A DNA stretch of 64,000 bases from an uncultured delta proteobacterium. GTDB taxonomy: Bacteria > Desulfobacterota > Syntrophia > Syntrophales > UBA2185. A program made the translations under genes and the position numbers. Positions 49,712 through 58,461 of the stretch are shown here, piece by piece (within the stretch, counting starts at the first letter, position 1; each line of letters starts with the position of its first letter). A model generated the notes under the pieces. That model was given only the letters and a program-made list of their open reading frames with translations. It searched no databases and was not told the DNA's origin. The stretch lies in the NCBI GenBank assembly GCA_963695875.1, contig CAVOID010000004.1:1-64000 (forward strand), in the 5' to 3' direction.

Positions 49712-49774
49712 GCATAACGGGAAACTAACCGGCACGCTGCTTTTTTGCGTGTCCAGTTCAGTAATTTGTTGGGC
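49712..49774 (-). mobile_element. Integron attC site
   Basis: Minus strand GCCCAAC-AAATT-ACTGAACT-GGACACGC..GCGTGCC-GGTTAGT-TTCCC-GTTATGC: R'', L'' with an extra base, stem-loop, L', R'. Confidence 0.85.
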
Positions 49775-49879
49775 AAGATCTCGAGAGCAATTTAATCTCC
49801 AGGTTGCAACCATCTTTGCACACACGAAATCAAGATTCATAACAGGTATGGCCATTTGCACTCGATAGGCTATTAATGT

Positions 49880-51181
49880 TCACCCTATCAGTCTGATCTT
49901 ATCTGGATAACCGAAACTGTTATTAGATGCAATTGCTTTCAGACAAATTCGATACACAGACATTATATCCTTAATGATGTTTTCATCATCCCAGTTATTC
50001 ACGTTCATTTTCGATTGCGTGATATCATATGTAGCTGTCTTTATCTCTTCAAGCTGTGGACTATGAAGGTATCTGTCCTCCATGAGATCAAGGATGATGT
50101 TCGTTACTGCCTCAGGTCTTGTTTTAGTTGTATGCTTAATTTTGTACTTTTCCACTTCTTTACAGAGCGTATCATCACTTCTCATATCCAACTCGTAAAG
50201 AGCTTTGCGGTATTGTCGAACATACTCTTGCCAAAATTTACATAAGGCAAAGTTCTGACCATCTGGAGTGCCTATAAATCTCGCCCACTCCAGGTCCTTA
50301 TAATCGATTACAGGTTTTCTAGTAGTGTGAAGTGTATCTTGTAACTTGGCATCATCTATCAGAACTTTCTGATATAAAATAGACAGGGACGAGTTGCCTA
50401 TTCTTGCATCATGAAGAATAACAACAAAAGGCATGGTGTTCACGAACTGCGCCGAAAAAATTATCTTTGCCTGTTTCTGATCATAAATCACGGCTAGTCG
50501 GTGAGAAAACATGCAAGCCCCGAAGGAGATATCAAGCATGTCTGATATGGGTGCAAAAGGAACTCGCCTTGGAGGAAAATCCGATGAGTTCGTCCCGTTT
50601 CGAATCCATCTTTTTGTCTCTTCTAAGAACTTATGATTCGCAATATCTGGAATTCCCAGATGGATCGTGGCGTATCTGAGAATTTCAATTAGGTCCAGTA
50701 AGATCGCGCGGATCAATAGTTCATTGATCGAAAAGACATGTAAATAATCGTCCTTTTCAAAGGAATCTTCAAACGAATCCGCCCTCCTCCCGGCGATCTC
50801 TTCGAATTTACTTTTACTTGCTCCGAGGGGTCCCCTTATTTCGGTCAATACACCATTTTCATTGGTTGTTTTTGATATTCCCCTAACCTTGACATGTCCT
50901 CCGGGCTCAATTGTCAGAGGTGTCGAGCTGTTAAGTGACTTAGTATGTTGCTTCTTGTCCTTCAAATCGCCGGACAGCAATGGAGATAACACTCCTAAGA
51001 TATCTCTAAAAAATTTTGTTAATACGTGGTCGAGGTTGTCACCGAAAGATTTATTGCATGTGGAACAGATTAGTTCAGAGGATTTGAGGGATCCACCCAA
51101 TCCCTTCTGAATAATGTGTTCTGGCTTGAATGTGGAGGCACATCCTCCACTTACCGTATGAAACAGACAATTCTTCGTCAT
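49880..51181 (-). CDS. HNH endonuclease-domain protein
   Basis: N-terminal EHIIQKGLGG..LICSTCNKSFG (HNH_5-like); AT-rich; long C-terminus of unknown function. Confidence 0.7.
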   Translation of the reverse strand: MTKNCLFHTVSGGCASTFKPEHIIQKGLGGSLKSSELICSTCNKSFGDNLDHVLTKFFRDILGVLSPLLSGDLKDKKQHTKSLNSSTPLTIEPGGHVKVRGISKTTNENGVLTEIRGPLGASKSKFEEIAGRRADSFEDSFEKDDYLHVFSINELLIRAILLDLIEILRYATIHLGIPDIANHKFLEETKRWIRNGTNSSDFPPRRVPFAPISDMLDISFGACMFSHRLAVIYDQKQAKIIFSAQFVNTMPFVVILHDARIGNSSLSILYQKVLIDDAKLQDTLHTTRKPVIDYKDLEWARFIGTPDGQNFALCKFWQEYVRQYRKALYELDMRSDDTLCKEVEKYKIKHTTKTRPEAVTNIILDLMEDRYLHSPQLEEIKTATYDITQSKMNVNNWDDENIIKDIMSVYRICLKAIASNNSFGYPDKIRLIG

Positions 51182-51274
51182 TTTAAAACGGGCAGTATAT
51201 TTGAGGAATTGCTTGCCTGAATCTATACACCACCGGGCGGCAAAGAAGTAGCCTCCACCCGATTGTTCGGTGCA

Positions 51275-51589
51275 TTATTTAATCCAGCCCTTTTCCTTAA
51301 CATGATCAAAAATCATTTTCATTTCTTCCGCAGTCATCATCGGCGCATATTGGCCCCAAGCCCATTTTCCCTTCATCCTAGGTTTGTGTGCGATCATATA
51401 ATACCCGATCCTAAATTCTTCTTTCCCGCTGGAATGCTTAATCTTATGAAGACAAAAAGCTTTCCCCGTATTCGACAATGCATGGAAAACTTCTTCTTCC
51501 ACTACTGTGTATTCGAGGGGGCTTCCGTCGATCCTTTTTATTTTTGTCGTTTTATTTAACCTGCTCGGTAGTGATTGAATCTCCGTCAT
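51275..51589 (-). CDS. Hypothetical cassette protein (104 aa)
   Basis: AAGGA RBS right after GTTCGGT; stop followed by the complementary ACCGAAC core. Confidence 0.75.
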   Translation of the reverse strand: MTEIQSLPSRLNKTTKIKRIDGSPLEYTVVEEEVFHALSNTGKAFCLHKIKHSSGKEEFRIGYYMIAHKPRMKGKWAWGQYAPMMTAEEMKMIFDHVKEKGWIK

Positions 51590-51602
51590 ATTTTATCCTT
51601 TC

Positions 51603-51666
51603 ACCGAACGCTCACACTCACTGGCAAAAAACGCAGTTTTTTGTCCAGTGAAGTGCCTTGTTATAT
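51603..51666 (-). mobile_element. Integron attC site
   Basis: Minus strand ATATAAC-AAGGC-ACTTCACT-GGACAAAAAAC.GCGTTTTTTGCC-AGTGAGT-GTGAGC-GTTCGGT; the upstream gene's stop codon lies within R''. Confidence 0.9.
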
Positions 51667-52674
51667 GTCTTGGTTAAATGATACAAAATATATAGTCGGA
51701 CAATTTTCTTTTATGTTTTCTGGTAATTGTTTATAAACTTTAAAATTGTAATTTTTATCAGAATTATCAATTATGCAAAATGTTAGTAATTCTTCAAAGA
51801 ATGTTAAAAGGTTTGTTAAATAAGTATTCATGTCTGTAACTATATCAGAAAACTCAGTTTGAACAGGGCCTTGCCTGGCACTGAAATCATAACGCCATCC
51901 TGGGTTTGCAAATTTATTTCCTGGATAAAGTTTAAAATTAACTATTTCAACATCAAACTGTGGTTCAGCATGATTTATTTCATGAGCATTTCTTAATGAT
52001 GCTATTTGTTGTATCCAATCTTTATCGTCTTCTATCATTTTTATAAGATCTTTTTTGTCGGGCTTATTTTTTGTTAACCATTCTCTGTATCTTTTAAAAT
52101 TAGACCCACTGTTTGGGGCAGTGTAAAACATACATAAGAATTCATGGGTTTTTTCAAGAAATCTTTTTGCATTACCTAAAAAAATGGCAACATTACCTTC
52201 TAAATCTTCAACTTGAGGTAATGCTTGTATAACAGTACCTTTCTTGCCCTTCTCGACAATAGCGTCGCACATAGGCATTAATTGCATAGTTTCATTGTAT
52301 ATTTTATAATGAGCTGATTCACAGTTTAAAAGCATCTCTGTACAACACCAAGCTTGGTCTAGAATATTTTGTTTGTTTAAATTTTTATTTAAAATTATAG
52401 AGTCTAAAATTTGTTTCGTTTGAATTATTGACCTTGCAACGTATGAGTTTGCACAACCAATGGAATGTATTTTTTGATAGTTATGCCTTGTTTCAGGGTG
52501 TAGATTTTCGGGATCAATTGACTCTGCAGGTAATACTTTAGAAATATAATTGCTTGCAAAAGCATAAAGTGAACCTTGCAGATTTATTAAATATTGAATT
52601 TCATCACTTGTATTTTTTGAGTTTTCAGCAAGATTTATTGAAAAAGCTTTTTTTCTATCAAATTTTTTATTCAT
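51661..52674 (-). CDS. AT-rich hypothetical cassette protein with a possible HEPN-like R-X6-H motif
   Basis: Long ORF, very low GC, SLRNAHEINH motif; preceded by GTTATAT (52684-52690) matching its own R''. Confidence 0.7.
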   Translation of the reverse strand: MNKKFDRKKAFSINLAENSKNTSDEIQYLINLQGSLYAFASNYISKVLPAESIDPENLHPETRHNYQKIHSIGCANSYVARSIIQTKQILDSIILNKNLNKQNILDQAWCCTEMLLNCESAHYKIYNETMQLMPMCDAIVEKGKKGTVIQALPQVEDLEGNVAIFLGNAKRFLEKTHEFLCMFYTAPNSGSNFKRYREWLTKNKPDKKDLIKMIEDDKDWIQQIASLRNAHEINHAEPQFDVEIVNFKLYPGNKFANPGWRYDFSARQGPVQTEFSDIVTDMNTYLTNLLTFFEELLTFCIIDNSDKNYNFKVYKQLPENIKENCPTIYFVSFNQDI

Positions 52675-53128
52675 ATTTTTCTCATATAACAATTAACACA
52701 CTTGATTGGTATTTTGCGAACTTTCATGAAATCCTACTCCGTTTCATGAAGAATGAAAAGAGAAAATTACATCATAAAATCAACACAATTTAATTTTCAC
52801 CATTGGGTATTTTGTGTTAATAAAGACCAAAAGCCAAGTCGACAAAATATGGGAAAAATGGCAATAGCTCATAATGAATGCTGTTTGAAATAGCGCATTC
52901 CCTTGAAAATTATGGAACACTCACTTTCAGGAAGAAGTTCTTTTTGTCTTAAGTGGAGATAATGAAAGATTCAGGTTTGTAAGTTTCAACTCTAATTCAA
53001 TAATCTCGCTAGGCGATCGCTTACTGCTTTGTATTTGCTATACCAATATAGTCTATTTTGACTCTTCATATCACTGACAGGCATAAAGCTCGCTCAAGCT
53101 CTGTACGGGCTTTTGAAGGGCAGGTGCT

Positions 53129-53269
53129 ATACAATTCATATACCTAAGTAAGCCCTTTTCACATCCTCGTTATGGAGGAGGTTTTCAGCCGTTCCTTCCA
53201 GGGTGATTCGGCCGTTTTCCATGACGTAACCGCGATGGGCGACCTTGAGGGCCATGTGGGCGTTCTGTT
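53129..53269 (-). repeat. Displaced duplicate of the livF 3' end (copy of 54008-54148)
   Basis: 141-bp direct repeat with 6 mismatches counted by eye. Confidence 0.95.
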
Positions 53270-53275
53270 TTTAAT

Positions 53276-53618
53276 TTACTTTTGGGTTTTTGAAACGATA
53301 GCTGTGATTTTATGTTTCAATTCAGGTACGTCTTTTGTTGCTGCTGTCCATACGATCGACCAATCGATTGAAAAATACGCGTGAACTGCGAGGTTTCGAA
53401 AAGCAATTATATCTGCCCATTCTATGTCTTTATGCTTTTCTTTGAATGATTTGGGAAGGCGTGCAGCTGCCTCACCGATAATGGTCAGCTTTTGCAGGAC
53501 GGCGCTCCTGATGAGGTCACTATTTATGAAAGTGTTCTTATCAATGCCCGACAAGAATTTTTCAATTGCATCTCCTGCTTCACAGAATATCGGAAAGATA
53601 CAAGTCCTCACGCCGCAT
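53276..53618 (-). CDS. hepT: HepT-like HEPN ribonuclease toxin (DUF86); frameshift near the start
   Basis: IIGEAA, IEWADIIAFRNLAVHAYF (RX4HXY). Confidence 0.88.
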
Positions 53619-53910
53619 AGAGAACCTTAATGGTAGAGAGAATGTCCTGCCTCAGTATTGGTTTTAAGCCTCCCTTGGGAACCAGGTCGACTTTGCGATG
53701 GATAAGGTCTGAAAGCTCACGCTGCATCCGGGAAAGAGTTATGAAGCCCACCTGCGCATCGGGTTCAAATTCTACCAGCAAATCTATGTCGCTGCCTTTT
53801 CTTAGTTTGCCTTTGGCCGCTGAGCCAAATAGTGCGAGTTCCCGGACATGGTAACGCTTGCAAAAGGCCGTGATGTCTTCCATGGGTAGATTAATCATTT
53901 GAGCATGCAT
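53608..53910 (-). CDS. mntA: MntA-like minimal nucleotidyltransferase antitoxin
   Basis: LFGSAAKG....SDIDLLVEF (GSX10DXD), RKVDLV. Confidence 0.88.
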   Translation of the reverse strand: MHAQMINLPMEDITAFCKRYHVRELALFGSAAKGKLRKGSDIDLLVEFEPDAQVGFITLSRMQRELSDLIHRKVDLVPKGGLKPILRQDILSTIKVLYAA

Positions 53911-54014
53911 ATTTTTTAAACCTTATTTTAAGTGAGTATAGTATAGGTGAAGCGGTCTTATATGTCAATATGATTTGGTAATTCGATATTGTATTTGGAA
54001 TGTGTCAATACAAT

Positions 54015-54722
54015 TCATATACCTAAGTAAGCCTTTTTCACATCCTCGTTATGGAGGAGGCTTTCTGCCGTTCCTTCCAGGGTGATTCTTCCGTTTTCCA
54101 TGACGTAACCGCGGTGGGCGACCTTGAGGGCCATGTGGGCGTTCTGTTCCACAAGGAAGATAGTGGTGCCGCTTTCCGCGTTGATTCTTTTAACGATGTT
54201 GAAAATCAGCTTCACAAAAATGGGGCCAAGGCCCAAGGATGGTTCATCGAGGAGGAGCAGGCGCGGCCTTGCCATGAGGGCCCTCGATATGGCTAACATC
54301 TGCTGCTCCCCGCCGCTCAGGGTGCCCCCGGGCTGGTGGCGCCTTTCCGCCAGTATGGGGAACAGCTCAAAAATATGATCTACATCCTTTTTTATGTCCT
54401 CCCTATCCCTGCGGAGAAATGCACCCATGTCCAGATTTTCCATCACCGTAAGGCGGGGGAAAATCCTGCGGCCTTCAGGTACAAGTGATATTCCTAAAGC
54501 AACGATCTCATCGGCACTTAAGTTATGGATGGGCTTGTTGAGAAACATGATTTCACCGGTCCGGGGGGGCACGATTCCTGAAATGGACATGAGGGTGGTG
54601 GTTTTGCCGGCGCCATTCGCCCCGATGAGGGTGATGATCTCCCCGGGGGATATGTCGATGCAGAGGTCTTTCAATACCTGGATGTTGCCGTAAAAAGTCT
54701 GTACGTTTTTCAGCCTAAGCAT
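54015..54722 (-). CDS. livF: Branched-chain amino acid ABC transporter ATP-binding protein
   Basis: GANGAGKT, LSGGEQQM, LLLDEPSLGL, LVEQN. Confidence 0.93.
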   Translation of the reverse strand: MLRLKNVQTFYGNIQVLKDLCIDISPGEIITLIGANGAGKTTTLMSISGIVPPRTGEIMFLNKPIHNLSADEIVALGISLVPEGRRIFPRLTVMENLDMGAFLRRDREDIKKDVDHIFELFPILAERRHQPGGTLSGGEQQMLAISRALMARPRLLLLDEPSLGLGPIFVKLIFNIVKRINAESGTTIFLVEQNAHMALKVAHRGYVMENGRITLEGTAESLLHNEDVKKAYLGI

Positions 54723-54853
54723 TGATGTCTTCTCCCGGATAGGCCTTTATTGATCATTAATATTTCTCGCTTTGCTGGAAATGACAAAATAGATAATCGT
54801 GGCATAGTCTCTCAACCGGGAAGGATACAGGGCTTAGAATTTTATAAAAGCCT

Positions 54854-55642
54854 TCAAACATTTACATCTTCTCCTAAGTACGCCTTTATTACTTCAGGGT
54901 TTACCCTGATTTCCTGCGGGGTTCCCCGGGCGATCATCTCGCCGTAGTCCATTACGTAGACGCGGTCCGACAGGCTCATGACCAGTCTCATATCGTGTTC
55001 GATCAGGAAGATAGATATTTTCCCTTCGTCACGTATGCCGGTAATCAGCGCTTCCAGTTCCTTTGTTTCCTGGGGATTCAGTCCGGCCGCGGGCTCATCG
55101 AGAAGCAGAAGGAAGGGATCGGTGGCTATGGCACGGGCTATCTCAAGACGGCGCTGGGCACCGTAAGGGAGGTTTCGAGCCAGCAGATTGACATACTCCG
55201 CAAGACCGATCTTTTCCAGTACCTCATAACTTCTGTTTACGATCGCCTTTTCTTCTTCTCTTGTTGCCTGGTCCCTGAGGATGGCGCCGAGGATGCCGGC
55301 GTGTGTGCGGCAGTGACGGCCGATCATCACGTTCTCCAGCACTGTCATATCCGGGAAGACGCGGATATTCTGGAATGTCCTGGCTATGCCGCATCCTGTC
55401 ACCCTGTGTATACCGAGACCGTGAATCTTCTGCCGCTTGCCGCCGGAAGGGGTAATAAAGATATTGCCCTCTGTGGGAGCATAAATGCCGGTGATGCAGT
55501 TGAATAAGGTCGTCTTCCCGGCGCCGTTAGGACCGATGAGGGCGGTTATCTCTCCGGGCAGGACATCGAGGTCGACCCTGTCTACGGCCTTCAGACCGCC
55601 GAAATTCATGCTGAGGTTTTTTATTTCGAGGATAGGGTTCAT
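54854..55642 (-). CDS. livG: Branched-chain amino acid ABC transporter ATP-binding protein
   Basis: GPNGAGKT, ARTFQN, LPYGAQRRLEIARA, LDEPAAG, IEHDM. Confidence 0.93.
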   Translation of the reverse strand: MNPILEIKNLSMNFGGLKAVDRVDLDVLPGEITALIGPNGAGKTTLFNCITGIYAPTEGNIFITPSGGKRQKIHGLGIHRVTGCGIARTFQNIRVFPDMTVLENVMIGRHCRTHAGILGAILRDQATREEEKAIVNRSYEVLEKIGLAEYVNLLARNLPYGAQRRLEIARAIATDPFLLLLDEPAAGLNPQETKELEALITGIRDEGKISIFLIEHDMRLVMSLSDRVYVMDYGEMIARGTPQEIRVNPEVIKAYLGEDVNV

Positions 55643-55735
55643 AGTTTATTTTGAGATAGATTCCGATAAGTCCGGAATGCACAGTAAATATTGATTCTTT
55701 GTAAGTGAAATAGGAAACAATTCATAAGTATACGT

Positions 55736-56965
55736 CTATTTATTCTCCAGGTGAAACTCGTACGTCCGGCGGACGCCGCTGACAATCCCCTGGGGGCGGA
55801 AAATCATCATGATCACCATAATGAGTCCGAAAAGGAGCATCCGGTAATCACTGAAGGCCCGGAGGTATTCAGGCAGGAGGATCAGAATGAGGGCGCCAGT
55901 GATGATGCCGGTGATGGACCCCATGCCGCCCAGGACAACGATGGAAAGAATCATGGCGGATTCAAGGAAGGTGAAGCTTCCGGGATTGACGAAGGTAGTC
56001 TTTGCGGCAAAGATAACACCGACGAGGCCGGCCCAGGTGGAACCTAAGGCAAAGGCGGTCAATTTTACCCTGGTCTTGTCGATGCCCATGGCCTGGCAGG
56101 CGATCTCGTCTTCCCGGAGAGCGATCAACGCCCTGCCTATCCGCGAATCCTGAAGACGGTTCACGACAAAAATAGTGATGATGCAGAGGATGATCATAAG
56201 GAAATAAAGGTATGTGGTCGCTTCCTGGATATTCATCTCCATGCCGAAAAGGCCTGGTCTGGGGATTCCCGAGATGCCGCTCGGGCCAAAGGAAAACTCG
56301 TTCCAGTTTTCCAGGATGAGCCGGGTGATTTCTCCGAAACCGAGGGTGACGATAGCCAGATAATCCCCTCGCAGTCGGAGCACCGGCAAAGCCAGGAGGA
56401 TTCCGAGGATGGTCGCCGCCAGCGCTCCCAGAGGCAGTGCCAGCCAGAAACCGACGCCGAAATGGTAATGCAGAAGGGCGTATGTATAAGCGCCCGCCGC
56501 GTAGAAGGCCACGTAGCCGAGGTTCAGAAGGCCTGCCTGGCCGACGACGATGTTAAGGCCCAGACCCAGCACGACATACATGAGGGCTGTGGTCATGATA
56601 TTTGTCTGATAGATGGAAAAGACAAAAGGAAAGATGAGCGCGAAAACAGAACCGATCCCTATGACAGAAAAAACAATCCTTCGATTGCCGAAAATGCGTT
56701 TTGTGAAAGGTATTGCCTCCTCTCGTGCCTCTGTTATATGTTTCCTCCCGGATATTTTTCTGCCCGACAGATAACGCCAGAAAAACGACAGAACGAAACT
56801 GCCGCAGCCGACATACACCATGTTCATCCAGCGCCATTCAACGACGTTTTCAATGGTATTGACCCGGATCACCATAATAGGAAAGGTGAGGAATATGAAC
56901 CATAGTGCAATGACAGAGGATTGTCTCAGCTCTTCGGTGTATTTTATAGCGTACCGGTTACTCAT
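55736..56965 (-). CDS. livM: Branched-chain amino acid ABC transporter permease
   Basis: LGLNIVVGQAGLLNLG, LRGDYLAIVTLGFGEI, VLGGMGS. Confidence 0.93.
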   Translation of the reverse strand: MSNRYAIKYTEELRQSSVIALWFIFLTFPIMVIRVNTIENVVEWRWMNMVYVGCGSFVLSFFWRYLSGRKISGRKHITEAREEAIPFTKRIFGNRRIVFSVIGIGSVFALIFPFVFSIYQTNIMTTALMYVVLGLGLNIVVGQAGLLNLGYVAFYAAGAYTYALLHYHFGVGFWLALPLGALAATILGILLALPVLRLRGDYLAIVTLGFGEITRLILENWNEFSFGPSGISGIPRPGLFGMEMNIQEATTYLYFLMIILCIITIFVVNRLQDSRIGRALIALREDEIACQAMGIDKTRVKLTAFALGSTWAGLVGVIFAAKTTFVNPGSFTFLESAMILSIVVLGGMGSITGIITGALILILLPEYLRAFSDYRMLLFGLIMVIMMIFRPQGIVSGVRRTYEFHLENK

Positions 56966-57865
56966 ACTTTCTGCGCCGATGAATGACCTAATAGTCCGGA
57001 TGGTTTGAATATCAAAATGAGAATAAGAAGAATGAAGGCGAAGGCGTCCTCGTAATCGCTCGATATGTAACCTGTGGAGAAGCTTTCCGTGAAGCCCAGC
57101 ACCAATGACCCCAGTACCGCCCCGGGGATGCTGCCGATGCCCCCCAGGACCGCGGCCGTGAAGGCCTTTATCCCCGCGATGAAACCGATGTAGAAATTGA
57201 TCCGTCCGATATGGGAGGCGATCAGCACCCCCCCGACCGCCGCCAGGGCGGAGCCGATGATGAAGGTGTTGGAGATTACCTTGTTAACATTGACGCCGAC
57301 CAGCATGGCCATGTCTCGATCCTGGGCCGTGGCCCGCATGGCCTTCCCCATGCGCGTGAATTTGATCAGCAGCGTTAAAAGGATCATGATCACCGTTGTT
57401 GTCAGGATGATAATAAATTCCGTGGAACCGATGAAACCGGCATAAGGTTTCAGGAATTCCAGCTCCGGCAAGAGGTTCGGAAAGGGGAGGAAGTCCGAGG
57501 TCTGGGCCAGAAGGACATAATTCTGGAGAAAGATGGACATGCCGATGGCGCTGATGAGAGGTGAAAGCCGGGGAGCCTGGCGGAGGGGTTTGTAGGCGAC
57601 TTTCTCTACTGTGAACCCGTAGGCGGCGGAGTATGTTACGGCCACAACCGAAGCAAGAACGAGGACGGAAAGGTCCGCTCATCCCCGACATGGCAAGGAC
57701 GCTTGCGATGATCAGGGCCGTGAAGGCGCCGATCATATAAATCTCACCATGGGCAAAATTGATCAGTTCTATGATGCCGTAGACCATGGTGTAGCCCAGG
57801 GCGATGAGGGCATAGATGCTGCCGCGCGTCAGCCCGCCGATAAATAGTTCTAAGAAATAGTCCAT
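56962..57865 (-). CDS. livH: Branched-chain amino acid ABC transporter permease; frameshifted
   Basis: YALIALGYTMVYGII.LINFAHGE, GKAMRATAQD, KAFTAAVLGGIG. Confidence 0.92.
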
Positions 57866-57952
57866 GTTAATGAAACGCAGTAAGTTACAATGCCTTCTAA
57901 CGCCAAGCTCAACCTTGCCGGAGCCGCATTGGGTGCGGCGAGTTGCCGGAAA

Positions 57953-58270
57953 TTATAAATAATCTGCTCTTGGCGGAGAGAAGAAGTCTAACACCTCACC
58001 GGGTTCAATAATTTCTATCCTATGTTCAATATTCTTGGGAATAGAATATGTAGTTCCCGGTCCGATGACTTGATCGTAATCTCCAAATACAATTTTATAT
58101 TTTCCCGATATTACATATCCACTTTGCTCATTTGGATGCTTATGAAACGGAACATGGTCTTCTTTCTTGTATAGCATTTTAGTTATCATAGTATCCGGCC
58201 CATGGGATAGGACTAAAAAATCCACTCCTAGAAAATTTCTTCTCTTACCCTTATCGGCTGTTACAATCAT
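57953..58270 (-). CDS. Cupin domain protein
   Basis: PFHKHPNEQSGYVISG, IPKNIEH, DFFSPPRADY; AT-rich. Confidence 0.85.
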   Translation of the reverse strand: MIVTADKGKRRNFLGVDFLVLSHGPDTMITKMLYKKEDHVPFHKHPNEQSGYVISGKYKIVFGDYDQVIGPGTTYSIPKNIEHRIEIIEPGEVLDFFSPPRADYL

Positions 58271-58461
58271 GTCTTTTCCTTCTTTCCCGTTTGACTAACA
58301 GATTGTTTCAGAATTACTTTTCTTTCTCCTTTGGTGGGCAATGTTATTTACATGAGCTTGCGGGACTTCCCTCTCCTGGTGGTAGGGCTTGAGGGAGGGG
58401 GTTTATCGCTATGATATTTATAAGGCGATTTACTGCGATGCGGCTCCTCAAACAGAGCAAA

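Noticed and set aside
52700..53128. Additional cassette with a mutated R' (GCTTGAG-CGAGC-TTTATGC) and broken AT-rich ORF pieces
   Set aside because: The GTT core is absent, there is no matching R'' and no intact ORF; possibly a relic but not supportable
49490..53128. Integron integrase or attI site
   Set aside because: No tyrosine recombinase ORF is present in the window, and attI cannot be identified from a GTT core alone
53570..53618. TGA near the hepT start as selenocysteine or readthrough
   Set aside because: Homology continues in a different frame, so it is an indel rather than recoding
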